In this document: piece by piece, positions 27,670 to 37,857 of the stretch
Position numbering within the stretch: the first letter of the stretch is position 1
Layout: every line of letters starts with the position of its first letter
Assembly (NCBI GenBank): GCA_902520385.1
Contig: CABYOB010000004.1
Span: forward strand, 1-53,660
DNA length: 53,660 bases
Direction: 5' to 3'
From: an uncultured Bacteroidota bacterium
GTDB lineage: Bacteria; Bacteroidota; Bacteroidia; Flavobacteriales; TMED113
Made by a program: the position numbers and the translations under genes
Notes under the pieces: model-generated
Seen by the model: the letters and a program-made list of their open reading frames with translations, nothing else
What the model was told of the DNA's origin: nothing
Databases searched by the model: none

Positions 27670-28731
27670 TTATAGAGAGTTTATGTTTCTTTCAGCAATA
27701 TTTTCTTGCGGGCGAATACTTTTTTTAAATGAAGTTAGTGATGGTCTTTTTCTAGCTTTTCTAATTTTTCTCTGCTCATCTTTAGGTAGCTTGGACATTT
27801 TCCGACAATTATTATTGCAACAACCTTTATATTTTTCTTCACATTTTTTACATTGTATAAAAAGTAGATTACAGTCTACATAATTACAATTTGTGTAATC
27901 ATCACATGGTCCACCACATTGATCACACGTGCCAATTACATCATTTGAAATTCTTTCACCTAGCCGATCATCAAATACAAAATTTTTACCAATAAATTTA
28001 TTTTCTAAATTATTTTCTTTGATTTGCTTAGCATAATCTATGATTCCTCCATGTAGTTGATTTACATCTTTAAATCCATGATGTTTTAAATATGAACTTG
28101 TTTTTTCACATCTAATTCCTCCTGTACAATAAAGTAAAATTTTTTCTTCTTTTTTATCTTTTAATTTTTCTTTGATTAGTGGGAGTTCTTCTCTGAATGT
28201 GTCAACATCAGGCTTTAAGGCTCCTTTAAAATGCCCAATTCTACTTTCATAATGATTTCTTACATCGACTACTGTGGCTCCATTATTAATACACTCATTC
28301 CATTCTTTAGCTGAGAGGTGATTACCCACATTAGTTACATCGTACTCATTATCATTGAGCCCATCTGCCACAATTTGTTTTTTTATTTTAATTGTTAATT
28401 TTAAAAAAGATGACAGATTTTCTTCTAACGCAATCTTAAATGGAATGTTTTCAAGGCCCTTAGTTGAGTGAACAGACTTAACAAATTTATCCCAATGGGT
28501 TTGAGGACAAGATAATTGAGCGTTTATTCCTTCTTTAGCAATATAAATTCTTCCTTTTATTTTTAATTCATCCCATTTAATGAACAGTTCTTTTCTCATT
28601 GCCAATGGGTCATCAATTATAACATATTTGTAAAAAGACAGAGTAGTTCTTTTAAAATTTTCCTGAGCCAATTGTTTTTCTAAATCTTTTCTTCCAAACT
28701 TATTATGTAAAATTTTATTTTTTTCCTTCAT
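27670..28731 (-). CDS. trhO: Rhodanese-related tRNA hydroxylase (YceA/TrhO family)
   Basis: SFYKY, EGINAQ, DVRNHYE, YCTGGIRCEK, FVFDDR, Cys-rich C-terminus. Confidence 0.88.
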   Translation of the reverse strand: MKEKNKILHNKFGRKDLEKQLAQENFKRTTLSFYKYVIIDDPLAMRKELFIKWDELKIKGRIYIAKEGINAQLSCPQTHWDKFVKSVHSTKGLENIPFKIALEENLSSFLKLTIKIKKQIVADGLNDNEYDVTNVGNHLSAKEWNECINNGATVVDVRNHYESRIGHFKGALKPDVDTFREELPLIKEKLKDKKEEKILLYCTGGIRCEKTSSYLKHHGFKDVNQLHGGIIDYAKQIKENNLENKFIGKNFVFDDRLGERISNDVIGTCDQCGGPCDDYTNCNYVDCNLLFIQCKKCEEKYKGCCNNNCRKMSKLPKDEQRKIRKARKRPSLTSFKKSIRPQENIAERNINSL

Positions 28732-28738
28732 CTTAAAT

Positions 28739-28766
28739 CAAAGATAATTAATAGATTATATATTTG
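28739..28766. promoter_or_regulatory. Back-to-back Bacteroidota -7 promoter elements
   Basis: TATCTTTG on the minus strand (28739-28746) and TATATTTG on the plus strand (28759-28766) in a divergent intergenic gap. Confidence 0.55.
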
Positions 28767-28783
28767 TTACTATATTCATATTT

Positions 28784-29746
28784 ATGTCGTCACAAAAAAA
28801 AATTTTGGTAATAGGGTCAAATGGTCAAATAGGAACTGTTTTAACTAATAAGTTGGGTGAAAAATATGGTTATGAGAACGTTGTGGGCAGTGATTTAAGA
28901 TGCCCTGAAAATCAACCTAAATTTATTTTTGAAGAATGTAGTGTTTTAGATAAGGATCAACTGGGGCTAATAATAAAAAAATATAACATAACAGATGTTT
29001 ATTTGTTGGCTGCATATTTATCTGCAAAAGGTGAAAAAAATGTTAATAAAGCTTGGGATTTAAATATAAATGGATTGCGTCATATTTTAAATTTTGCGAA
29101 AGATAAAAAAATTGAAAAAATATTTTGGCCTAGCTCAATAGCGGTCTTTGGCCCCACTACTCCCAAAAATAATGTTGATCAATATGCTAGAACAGAGCCT
29201 ACTACAATTTATGGTGTTAGTAAATTAGCAGGTGAAAGTTTGTGTAACTATTATTATAATAAGTTTGCAGTTGATGTACGTAGTATAAGGTACCCTGGTT
29301 TAATTGGCTGGGAATCAATGCCCGGAGGAGGAACAACAGATTATGCAGTAGATATATTTCACGCAGCCATTAAAAATGAAGAGTATTTATGTTTTTTATC
29401 AGAAGACAGAAAGCTTCCTATGATGTATATGAATGATGCTATTAAAGCCACAATTGGCATAATGGATGCGCCCTCAGAATTTATAAAAATAAGAACCTCT
29501 TACAATTTATCTTCTTTAAATTTCAGTCCTAAACAAATTGAAGAGGAAATAAAAAAACACATAAGAAATTTTAAAGTATCATATAATCCTGATTTTAGAG
29601 ATCAATTAGCAAAAGACTGGCCACAATCAATCAATGATAATCATGCAAGAAATGATTGGGGATGGGAGCCAAATTTCAATTTACCGCAAATGGTTAATGA
29701 TATTATCTTAAATTTGAAGAATAGATATAAGAAAGAAAAAATTTAA
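28784..29746 (+). CDS. NAD-dependent epimerase/dehydratase family, likely L-threonine 3-dehydrogenase (SDR type)
   Basis: GSNGQIG, PSSIAVFG, YGVSK, PGGGTTDYAV, LPMMYM. Confidence 0.85.
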   Translation: MSSQKKILVIGSNGQIGTVLTNKLGEKYGYENVVGSDLRCPENQPKFIFEECSVLDKDQLGLIIKKYNITDVYLLAAYLSAKGEKNVNKAWDLNINGLRHILNFAKDKKIEKIFWPSSIAVFGPTTPKNNVDQYARTEPTTIYGVSKLAGESLCNYYYNKFAVDVRSIRYPGLIGWESMPGGGTTDYAVDIFHAAIKNEEYLCFLSEDRKLPMMYMNDAIKATIGIMDAPSEFIKIRTSYNLSSLNFSPKQIEEEIKKHIRNFKVSYNPDFRDQLAKDWPQSINDNHARNDWGWEPNFNLPQMVNDIILNLKNRYKKEKI

Positions 29747-31213
29747 ATGCAAACTTTAAAAATATATAATACATTAAGTGGTAATAAAGAGGTGTTTGAG
29801 CCAATTAACCCAGATTCTGTTTCAATGTATGTTTGTGGACCTACGGTATATGGCGAAGGTCATTTAGGTCATGCTCGGCCAGCCATTACATTTGATACAT
29901 TATTTAGGTACTTAAAAATATTAGGCTATAAAGTACGCTATGTTAGAAATATAACTGACGTAGGGCACTTATTAAATGATGCAGATGATGGTGGCGATAA
30001 AATTGGAGAAAAGGCAAAGGCTTTACAATTAGAGCCAATGGAGGTTGCGCATTATTACACAAAAAAATACCATGAATCAATGTATAAACTCAATGTAGAG
30101 AACCCTAGTATTGAACCTTTAGCGTCAGGGCATATAATTGAGCAAATAGAAATGATAAAAAAGATTATTGATAACGGTTTTGGTTATGAGGTGAATGGCT
30201 CTATTTATTTTGATGTGGTAAAATACAATGAGTCTAATGAATATGGAATGCTTTCTAGAAGAAAAATTGAGGATATGCTAGAGAATACAAGAGAATTAGA
30301 TGGGCAGTCAGATAAAAAAAATCAAGTTGATTTTGCTTTATGGAAAAAAGCTTCACCTGAACATATTATGAGATGGCCGTCACCTTGGGGAGATGGTTTT
30401 CCGGGCTGGCACTTAGAATGTTCTGCAATGAGCTGTAAGTATTTAGGTGAAGAGTTTGACATTCATGGTGGTGGTATGGATTTAGTATTTCCTCATCATG
30501 AAGCAGAAATAGCACAATGTTGCGCTGCAAATAATAATAAAGGAGCAAAATATTGGATGCATAATAACATGATTACTATTGGTGGGCAAAAGATGGGGAA
30601 GTCATTAGGCAATTTCATAACTCTAAATGAATTTTTTAATGGCTCTCATGAAAAACTAGATCAAGCCTATCATCCAATGGTAATAAGGTTTTTCCTTTTA
30701 CAGGCTCATTACAGAAGTACAATTGATTTTTCAAATGACGCTTTACAAGCAGCTGAGAAGGGGCTAATAAGATTATTTAATGCGATAAAAACTTTAAATG
30801 AAATTTCACCAAAAGAAAATTCAAATATTGATGTTTCTTCATTTCCAAATAAGTGTGATGATGCAATGAATGATGATTTAAATACACCAATTGTTTTATC
30901 TCACCTGTTTGATTTAGTTAAAGTTATTAATTCCTGCAAAGAGGGCAAACATGATTTGTCGGCTAATGATATAGATTTACTTAAAAATTTACTTAATAAG
31001 TATGTAACAGAAATTTTCGGCCTTCAAAGTATTTTAAAAGAAAACAATTCAACAGACATTAATACATTAATGTCATTTGTTTTAGATCTTCGAAGTCAGT
31101 TGAAGGAAAATAAAGATTGGGCAACAGCAGATAAAATTAGAGATGGTTTAAACGATATAAATATTGAAATTAAAGATACTAAAGATGGCTCTACCTGGGA
31201 TTATAAGAAATAG
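29747..31213 (+). CDS. cysS: Cysteinyl-tRNA synthetase
   Basis: [32 protein letters not shown]. Confidence 0.97.
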   Translation: MQTLKIYNTLSGNKEVFEPINPDSVSMYVCGPTVYGEGHLGHARPAITFDTLFRYLKILGYKVRYVRNITDVGHLLNDADDGGDKIGEKAKALQLEPMEVAHYYTKKYHESMYKLNVENPSIEPLASGHIIEQIEMIKKIIDNGFGYEVNGSIYFDVVKYNESNEYGMLSRRKIEDMLENTRELDGQSDKKNQVDFALWKKASPEHIMRWPSPWGDGFPGWHLECSAMSCKYLGEEFDIHGGGMDLVFPHHEAEIAQCCAANNNKGAKYWMHNNMITIGGQKMGKSLGNFITLNEFFNGSHEKLDQAYHPMVIRFFLLQAHYRSTIDFSNDALQAAEKGLIRLFNAIKTLNEISPKENSNIDVSSFPNKCDDAMNDDLNTPIVLSHLFDLVKVINSCKEGKHDLSANDIDLLKNLLNKYVTEIFGLQSILKENNSTDINTLMSFVLDLRSQLKENKDWATADKIRDGLNDINIEIKDTKDGSTWDYKK

Positions 31214-32174
31214 TTTTTACTTAATAATATTGTTGTTTTTATTTGCTTGTACAAAAAATCAAAAAAACCAAAAACCAACAGTTAATAATGAAAAAGTTGA
31301 AAAGAAAGTTGATGTGCCTAATTTTAACGCGGACTCAGCTTATTTTTTTGTAGAACAACAAGTTTTATTTGGCCCTAGGGCTCCTAATTCACAAGCACAT
31401 AAAAAATGTGGGAATTATTTAGTTGCTAAATTAGAAGAATATGGAGCAAAAATATTTATACAAGAATCGGTTGAGCAAAGATTTGATGGTGAAAAACTTA
31501 ACATGAAAAATATTATTGGCTCATTTTCTCCAGATAAAAATGAAAGAATATTTCTATGTGCTCATTGGGACTCAAGGTTTATTGCTGATCATGATACAAC
31601 AAGAACAAAAGAAGCTATAGATGGAGCTAATGATGGTGCTAGTGGTGTTGGCGTATTATTAGAAATTGCTAGACAGGCTTCTATTATGAAGCCAGAAATA
31701 GGGGTTGATATTATTTTTTTTGATTTAGAAGACCAAGGTGAAGGTGGAACAGGTGACGTTTTAAGTTGGTGTATTGGATCTCAGTACTGGTCAAAAAAAC
31801 CTCATGTTTCTAATTATAATGCAGAATATGGAATTCTTTTAGATATGGTTGGTGCCCCTGGCGCTATATTTACACAAGAGGCATATTCTGTGGAATATGC
31901 CAAAGAAATTGTAGATAAATATTGGAATCAGGCTATAGAATCAGGATTTTCTGATTACTTTTCTTTTGAACAAACCCCAGGAATAATTGACGACCATTTA
32001 CCTATTAATGAAATATTGAAAATACCTACTATTGATATTATAGAATATGATCCATCAACTGAAAATCATTTTAATAAGTACTGGCATACTCACGGAGATG
32101 GTATGAATAATATTTCAAGGGAGACACTAAAAGCAGTAGGTCAAACTGTAATGGATGCGTTGTATAATGAATAG
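31185..32174 (+). CDS. M28-family lipoprotein, glutaminyl cyclase-like
   Basis: Lipobox [33 protein letters not shown]; start taken at the ATG at 31185. Confidence 0.85.
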   Translation: MALPGIIRNSFYLIILLFLFACTKNQKNQKPTVNNEKVEKKVDVPNFNADSAYFFVEQQVLFGPRAPNSQAHKKCGNYLVAKLEEYGAKIFIQESVEQRFDGEKLNMKNIIGSFSPDKNERIFLCAHWDSRFIADHDTTRTKEAIDGANDGASGVGVLLEIARQASIMKPEIGVDIIFFDLEDQGEGGTGDVLSWCIGSQYWSKKPHVSNYNAEYGILLDMVGAPGAIFTQEAYSVEYAKEIVDKYWNQAIESGFSDYFSFEQTPGIIDDHLPINEILKIPTIDIIEYDPSTENHFNKYWHTHGDGMNNISRETLKAVGQTVMDALYNE

Positions 32175-32176
32175 AT

Positions 32177-33529
32177 TTATTTAATATCCCAGGGTTTTGT
32201 TTTAAGAGGATTTAGCCAAGTGTTAGTTTTATAAGTTGAATTAGTAATTTTTGTTAAATCAATATTAGGATCAAATAACAATTGTTTTTCCCTTCCCATG
32301 AAACCAATATTGCATTCTCCGTTAATAATTAAATCAACTGCTACTTTTTCTTGAATTAAGACTTCTATTTTTTTTGCGAATTCAGGTATCATATTAGGGT
32401 AATAAAATAAATTAGTTTTTTGTCGTTCTGTTAAATACACATTAATTTTTTTCCCTTTAAATTCTGCCACTTCCATAGGATCTTCTGCAAGATTAAAAGT
32501 GGACATTATAGTCGAGTTATTTTTAACTAACAGCCTAAATTTAATGATTTCCTGATCGTGTTTTTTATACATGTTTTTTAGTCTCCATGAAAACCTTTGA
32601 CCAATTCCATTATAATCTACATAACCTTCGAAAAAAACATGTCTAAATGGAATAATAATTTGAAAAAATAAAAATACTAGTAATATATATGAAATCTTTT
32701 TATTTAAATGTTGTCGGCTTAATAACCTAGCATTATTTTTTAAAATTTTGCTCTCAATAAACTTAGGGTCTAAAAAAAGAATCAAAGTGCTTATCATGAT
32801 AAATGGAAAAAATCCAATTTCTCCACCTACCAAAATAAAAATTATAAAATTCATTAGGTGGAATAAAATGGCTGCAACAAATCCAATAAAGCGTGTTTTT
32901 TTAATTAATAAAATAGGACCAATGAGTAAATCAAAAAACAGACCTAAATATGCAAAGAAAGGAATGAAAACGGAGGCCTCATTTATTCCAACTTTTGATA
33001 AGATATGTGTCATAGGCTGAATGTCGACCAACCAATAAGGATTTAACTTATTTAATCCTGCAATAAAATAGATTATAATAATTAGCAATTGTAGTGAATA
33101 AAGGTGAAGTTTTGGAATACGAATTTTTTCTGATTTAGAAAATGGTGTTTTTGAAAAAAGTAATAAAAAACAAATGATGGAAATTAAGTAATAATGATTA
33201 TTAAAATAACCTTGACAAAGCAACCATAAGTATGTAAATGAAAATAAGTATATAGTTAACCCAATCCTATAAAACTTATTAGTCATTATGCAAATAGAAC
33301 TAATTAATAGAGATCCATTTAATCCAAAATTCATTAATGTATCATCTAAGGGTTCTAATCCTTTGATAAATGGAAATAAAAAAGTGGGATCTATTATATT
33401 CTTTTGAATAAAACCTATAATAATCCAATATATACTTTGCAATGAAAGGATAAAACCAAAAAAAATTCTAAAAATAGAAATAGAAATCCCAGGAATTTCA
33501 ACACTTAAATAAGAAACTATTTTCTTCAA
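32177..33529 (-). CDS. HTTM-domain membrane protein (vitamin K-dependent carboxylase-like)
   Basis: FRIFFG, YFNNHYYL, YFIAGLNKLNPYW, IGFFP, RFSWR. Confidence 0.82.
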   Translation of the reverse strand: MKKIVSYLSVEIPGISISIFRIFFGFILSLQSIYWIIIGFIQKNIIDPTFLFPFIKGLEPLDDTLMNFGLNGSLLISSICIMTNKFYRIGLTIYLFSFTYLWLLCQGYFNNHYYLISIICFLLLFSKTPFSKSEKIRIPKLHLYSLQLLIIIIYFIAGLNKLNPYWLVDIQPMTHILSKVGINEASVFIPFFAYLGLFFDLLIGPILLIKKTRFIGFVAAILFHLMNFIIFILVGGEIGFFPFIMISTLILFLDPKFIESKILKNNARLLSRQHLNKKISYILLVFLFFQIIIPFRHVFFEGYVDYNGIGQRFSWRLKNMYKKHDQEIIKFRLLVKNNSTIMSTFNLAEDPMEVAEFKGKKINVYLTERQKTNLFYYPNMIPEFAKKIEVLIQEKVAVDLIINGECNIGFMGREKQLLFDPNIDLTKITNSTYKTNTWLNPLKTKPWDIK

Positions 33530-33595
33530 ATTAATATTTAAAATAAATTATATAACTAATGTATACTTTTTTAATTAAATTTAATGATATACACT

Positions 33596-36328
33596 ATGAT
33601 TACCCAAGGAGAGAAAAAACTTTTTTTATTAGATTCATATGCTTTAATATATAGGGCTTACTTTGCATTTATTAAAAACCCAAGAATAAATTCTAAGGGA
33701 TTAGACACTTCAGCGATTTATGGATACTTAAATAGCTTGTTAGAACTTATTAGAGAGGAAAGGCCAACTCATTTGGCCGCGGTTTTTGATTTAAAAGGAC
33801 CAACTTTCAGACATAAAAAATACCCAGAATATAAAGCAAATAGGGACGCTATGCCAGAAGGTATTTCAGGGGCTATACCCTACATAAAGATGTCTTTAGA
33901 GGCCCTAAATATTCAGCAAGTTTCTTTAGAGGGTTATGAAGCTGATGATGTTATTGGAACTTTAAGTAAACACGCTGACCAAGAAGGTTTTCAAACATAC
34001 ATGATTACACCTGATAAGGATTTTGGCCAGCTAGTAACGGATAATTCTTTTATATATAAACCGGGGACTCGTTTTAGTGGACCAAAAGTGATGGGAAAAA
34101 ATGAAGTTTGTGAAAAATTTGGTTTAAATAGCATTGAACAGTTTATTGATTTTCTGGGAATAATGGGTGACACTTCTGATAATATTCCTGGAGTTTTTGG
34201 AGTTGGTGAAAAAACAGCTCAAAAGTTAATTAATGAATTTGGTTCTATAGAAAAAGTTTATGAAAATATAGATAGCATTAAAGGTAAGCTAAAAGAAAAA
34301 TTAGAGAATTCTAAAGAGAATGCTTTCTTATCTAAAGACTTAGTCACAATTTCTACTGATGCTCCAGTTCAATTTTCATTTAATGATTTTAAAACACAGG
34401 AACCTAATTTTCAAGAAATAGAAAAATTATTCAAAGAATTAGAATTTAATAATATTTTAAATAGAATAAAAAAAATATTTATTCCAACAAATAATAATGA
34501 TCAAAGTCTTGGCAAAAAAACTAATATAGGATTGCAAACCGATTTATTTTCACAAATAAATCAAGATGATTTAAAAATCAATGAATCCAAAGATTATTAT
34601 TCTTCTCATAAAATTATTCAAACCAGTGATGATTTAAATAATTTTAAAAATCAATTAAATGATTATAATCAAATTTCATTTCAATGTTTCAAAAACGACA
34701 AGGAGAATGTCATATTTAGTTTTTCTTTAGACGGAGATACTGTATTTCTTTTGAAGGAAAATCATAATGATATAAACATTGAAATAGTACGAGAGTTCAT
34801 TAAGAACTTATTTATTTTAGATATTGAAAAAATATGTTTTGATGTAAAGAGTTTGTGGAAGATTTTAAATTTGGATTTTGACTTTAATATAAACCAAAAT
34901 TTATTTGATGTTTTATTGGCCGCTTATATAGTAAATCCAGACGACAGAAACAATAATAATGTGTTAATTAAGCGAATTTTAAATATTGACTTAGATCCTA
35001 ACACAAAAAGTATTGAAGAATTAGATCGGTATGTTTCTAACTTAACCGTGTTAAATTTTAGACTTCAATCAAAAATGCTTGACACTTTAAATAACTCCAA
35101 TACAATTGATTTATTTAGAGATATTGAAATGCCACTAACTTTTATTTTATTCCAAATGGAAAAAGAAGGATTCAATATAAATAATAGCACATTGTCAAAT
35201 TTTGCTCAAAAAATTAAATCAGAAATAATAAAAATAAAGGACAACATATTTAAAATTTCAGGAAAAGAATTTAATATATCTTCTCCAAAACAATTAGGGG
35301 AAATTTTATTTGTGGAGTTAAATTTGGATAAAAATGCTAAAAAAACAAAAACAGGACAATTTTCAACTTCAGAGCAAAATTTACAAAGATTAAAAAAAAA
35401 TCATCCTATAATTAAGCTAGTTTTAAAGTATAGATCTCTTGACAAATTACTTTCAACATATGTTGATTCGTTACCAAATTTAGTTAACAAGCAAACGAAA
35501 AAAATACATACCACATTTAATCAGGCAGTAGCTGCAACAGGAAGATTGAGCTCAAAATCTCCTAATCTTCAAAATATCCCTATAAGAACTAAATATGGTC
35601 AAGAAATTAGAAAAGCATTTGTTCCGTCTGTAAATAACATTTTGTTAGCAGCTGATTATTCTCAAATAGAGCTACGTTTAATTGCAGAATTAAGCTCTGA
35701 GCCATCTATGACGCAAGCGTTCTTAGATGATAAAGATATACATGCTATAACAGCATCTAAGTTATTTAATGTTTCTTTTGAAAATGTTACTAGAGAAATG
35801 AGATCAAATGCTAAGACAGTGAATTTTGGAATTATATATGGGGTCTCAGCTTTTGGTTTAAGTCAACAAACAAATTTAAATAGAAAGGAATCGGCAGAAT
35901 TAATTAACACATATTTTGCTCAGTATCAAAAACTCAAATCATATATGAATAATCAGATAGCGCTTGCTAGAGATAATGGCTATGTTGAAACTATTTTAGG
36001 TAGAAGGCGTTATTTAAAGGATATAAATTCTAGAAATGCACTATTAAGAAGTCATGCTGAGAGAAATGCAATCAACGCACCAATTCAAGGTTCAGCGGCA
36101 GATATTATTAAAAAAGCAATGATAGATATTTATAAAGAATTTGATGCATTGAAACTTCAATCAAAAATGATTTTACAAGTTCACGATGAATTAATTTTTG
36201 ATGTTCACAGGAGTGAAAAAGAAATAGTGAAAAAAATTGTGAAAATAAAAATGGAAAATTCACATAAAACTAATATTCCATTAAAAGTAGAATTAGGTTT
36301 TGGGGAAAATTGGTTACAAGCCCATTAG
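33596..36328 (+). CDS. polA: DNA polymerase I
   Basis: N-terminal 5'-3' exonuclease (YRAY, EADD, DKDF, GDTSDNIPG); motif A DYSQIELR, motif B AKTVNFGIIYG, motif C QVHDEL. Confidence 0.97.
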   Translation: MITQGEKKLFLLDSYALIYRAYFAFIKNPRINSKGLDTSAIYGYLNSLLELIREERPTHLAAVFDLKGPTFRHKKYPEYKANRDAMPEGISGAIPYIKMSLEALNIQQVSLEGYEADDVIGTLSKHADQEGFQTYMITPDKDFGQLVTDNSFIYKPGTRFSGPKVMGKNEVCEKFGLNSIEQFIDFLGIMGDTSDNIPGVFGVGEKTAQKLINEFGSIEKVYENIDSIKGKLKEKLENSKENAFLSKDLVTISTDAPVQFSFNDFKTQEPNFQEIEKLFKELEFNNILNRIKKIFIPTNNNDQSLGKKTNIGLQTDLFSQINQDDLKINESKDYYSSHKIIQTSDDLNNFKNQLNDYNQISFQCFKNDKENVIFSFSLDGDTVFLLKENHNDINIEIVREFIKNLFILDIEKICFDVKSLWKILNLDFDFNINQNLFDVLLAAYIVNPDDRNNNNVLIKRILNIDLDPNTKSIEELDRYVSNLTVLNFRLQSKMLDTLNNSNTIDLFRDIEMPLTFILFQMEKEGFNINNSTLSNFAQKIKSEIIKIKDNIFKISGKEFNISSPKQLGEILFVELNLDKNAKKTKTGQFSTSEQNLQRLKKNHPIIKLVLKYRSLDKLLSTYVDSLPNLVNKQTKKIHTTFNQAVAATGRLSSKSPNLQNIPIRTKYGQEIRKAFVPSVNNILLAADYSQIELRLIAELSSEPSMTQAFLDDKDIHAITASKLFNVSFENVTREMRSNAKTVNFGIIYGVSAFGLSQQTNLNRKESAELINTYFAQYQKLKSYMNNQIALARDNGYVETILGRRRYLKDINSRNALLRSHAERNAINAPIQGSAADIIKKAMIDIYKEFDALKLQSKMILQVHDELIFDVHRSEKEIVKKIVKIKMENSHKTNIPLKVELGFGENWLQAH

Positions 36329-36334
36329 GCCTAT

Positions 36335-36562
36335 TTAACTTTTCTTATTAAGAATAGTGTATAAAAATAATAAAGAAGCTATTCCTACAAACGTATTTTG
36401 CCCCAACTTGCCGATAGCTTTAGAAATATTACCAACTACATCCCAGCCAAGAATGGGATCACCAATAATTAATTGTATTGTTATTCCAAAACAAAGAAAA
36501 GAAAATGCAAGTGGTGTAATTTCCTGAATTATCGTGCTGACTTTTTCAAATATATTTTTCAT
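36335..36562 (-). CDS. Small membrane protein (75 aa), paralog of the neighbouring gene
   Basis: Two hydrophobic helices; GWDVVGNI motif shared with 36628-36852. Confidence 0.7.
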   Translation of the reverse strand: MKNIFEKVSTIIQEITPLAFSFLCFGITIQLIIGDPILGWDVVGNISKAIGKLGQNTFVGIASLLFLYTILNKKS

Positions 36563-36584
36563 AGAAAATCTTATTTTTTAACTT

Positions 36585-36609
36585 AAAAACCCGCCATAAA
36601 GGCGGGTTT
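36585..36609 (-). terminator. Intrinsic terminator between the paralogous genes
   Basis: AAACCCGCC-N5-GGCGGGTTT with a T run on the minus strand. Confidence 0.75.
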
Positions 36610-36627
36610 ATTAAGTAATAATCAAAA

Positions 36628-36852
36628 TTATTTTTTGATTAATGACAGAACAACAATCAGTGTTACTAGTCCAGCAAATCCACCGTTAGCGAAATCTGTA
36701 ACAAATCCTTGGATGTTACCGATTACGTCCATACCAGCACCCATTGCTTCTCCTAATAATACTTGAGCTACTATTCCTAGCCCTAAAAGCGACATGAATA
36801 AGCCAGCTAAGCCAGCTATAAAGTCGCCAAATGATTTAAATACTGAATTCAT
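36628..36852 (-). CDS. Small membrane protein (74 aa)
   Basis: Likely start at ATG 36852 (MNSVFK), because a TAAATTTG promoter element at 36880-36887 overlaps the longer ORF start; GMDVIGNI motif. Confidence 0.75.
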   Translation of the reverse strand: MNSVFKSFGDFIAGLAGLFMSLLGLGIVAQVLLGEAMGAGMDVIGNIQGFVTDFANGGFAGLVTLIVVLSLIKK

Positions 36853-37164
36853 AGCATTCGTTTTTTTGGTTAAACATGTCAAATTTATATAGAATGTGCG
36901 ATTTTTCTAAAATATCTACTATTTGATCAAAATATTTCGAAATAAAACTTTTTTCAATTTTACTTTTAATTTTATTTCATATACCTCAGTAAAATAAAGT
37001 TTTAGGAAATATTATTTGTTTTATTTATCAACATCAAATAGTGAATTAAAAAAAATGTGTATAAATATCTAAAAATCAACATGTTAAGGCAATATACGCT
37101 GCAAAAATAATAAGAAATAGAAAAATATCAGAAAAATGTAAATTTTAGTAGTTTAAATGTCGAA

Positions 37165-37848
37165 TTAAGTGTTAATTTCCACGAATTTTTTAATATCCTG
37201 TGTGGATCCAAATAAAATTAAGATGTCATTTTTATCTATTATAGTTTCAGCAGATGGTATGCCAAATATATTGTGGCTAATTTCATCATTTTTAGTTTTA
37301 GACCCCCTCAATATAGTTATTAGATTGAGCCCAAAGTCTTCACGTAATTTAATTTCACCTAATTTATCACCTAATAATTTTTCAGGAGCTTTAATTTCAG
37401 CTATCAAGTAGTTATCTGGAAGTTCAAGGCTAAATAAAATGTTAGGATTTAATAAGCTAGTTGTAATGCTTCTACCAATTTCATCTTCAGGGGAAAGGAT
37501 TTCGGTGATTCCTAGTTTCTTCAGAATCAATCTTTCATTTTCTCCCATTACTCTACTAACAATTCTTTTAATTGATAGTTCAGTTAAAATATTTGCACAT
37601 AATATCATGGATTTAAAATCTTCCCCGATGGCAATAATTACCGCATCCATTTCTTCTATATTTTGATTTATTAAAGCTTGTTTATCTGTTGCGTCTATTG
37701 AAACTGCATATGACACAAACTCTTTAACATGTTCTATTTTATTTATATCCTTATCAATAGCAATTACTTCAGCTCCTTTCTTTGATAAAGTTTTGGCTAT
37801 TGCCATTCCAAATTGACCTAGTCCAATTATTGCAAACTTGTTTTTCAT
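37165..37848 (-). CDS. TrkA/KtrA-family potassium uptake NAD-binding subunit
   Basis: IIGLGQFG Rossmann motif, DAVIIAIG, ILSPE, RCK_C domain. Confidence 0.9.
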   Translation of the reverse strand: MKNKFAIIGLGQFGMAIAKTLSKKGAEVIAIDKDINKIEHVKEFVSYAVSIDATDKQALINQNIEEMDAVIIAIGEDFKSMILCANILTELSIKRIVSRVMGENERLILKKLGITEILSPEDEIGRSITTSLLNPNILFSLELPDNYLIAEIKAPEKLLGDKLGEIKLREDFGLNLITILRGSKTKNDEISHNIFGIPSAETIIDKNDILILFGSTQDIKKFVEINT

Positions 37849-37857
37849 ATTTTAGAT

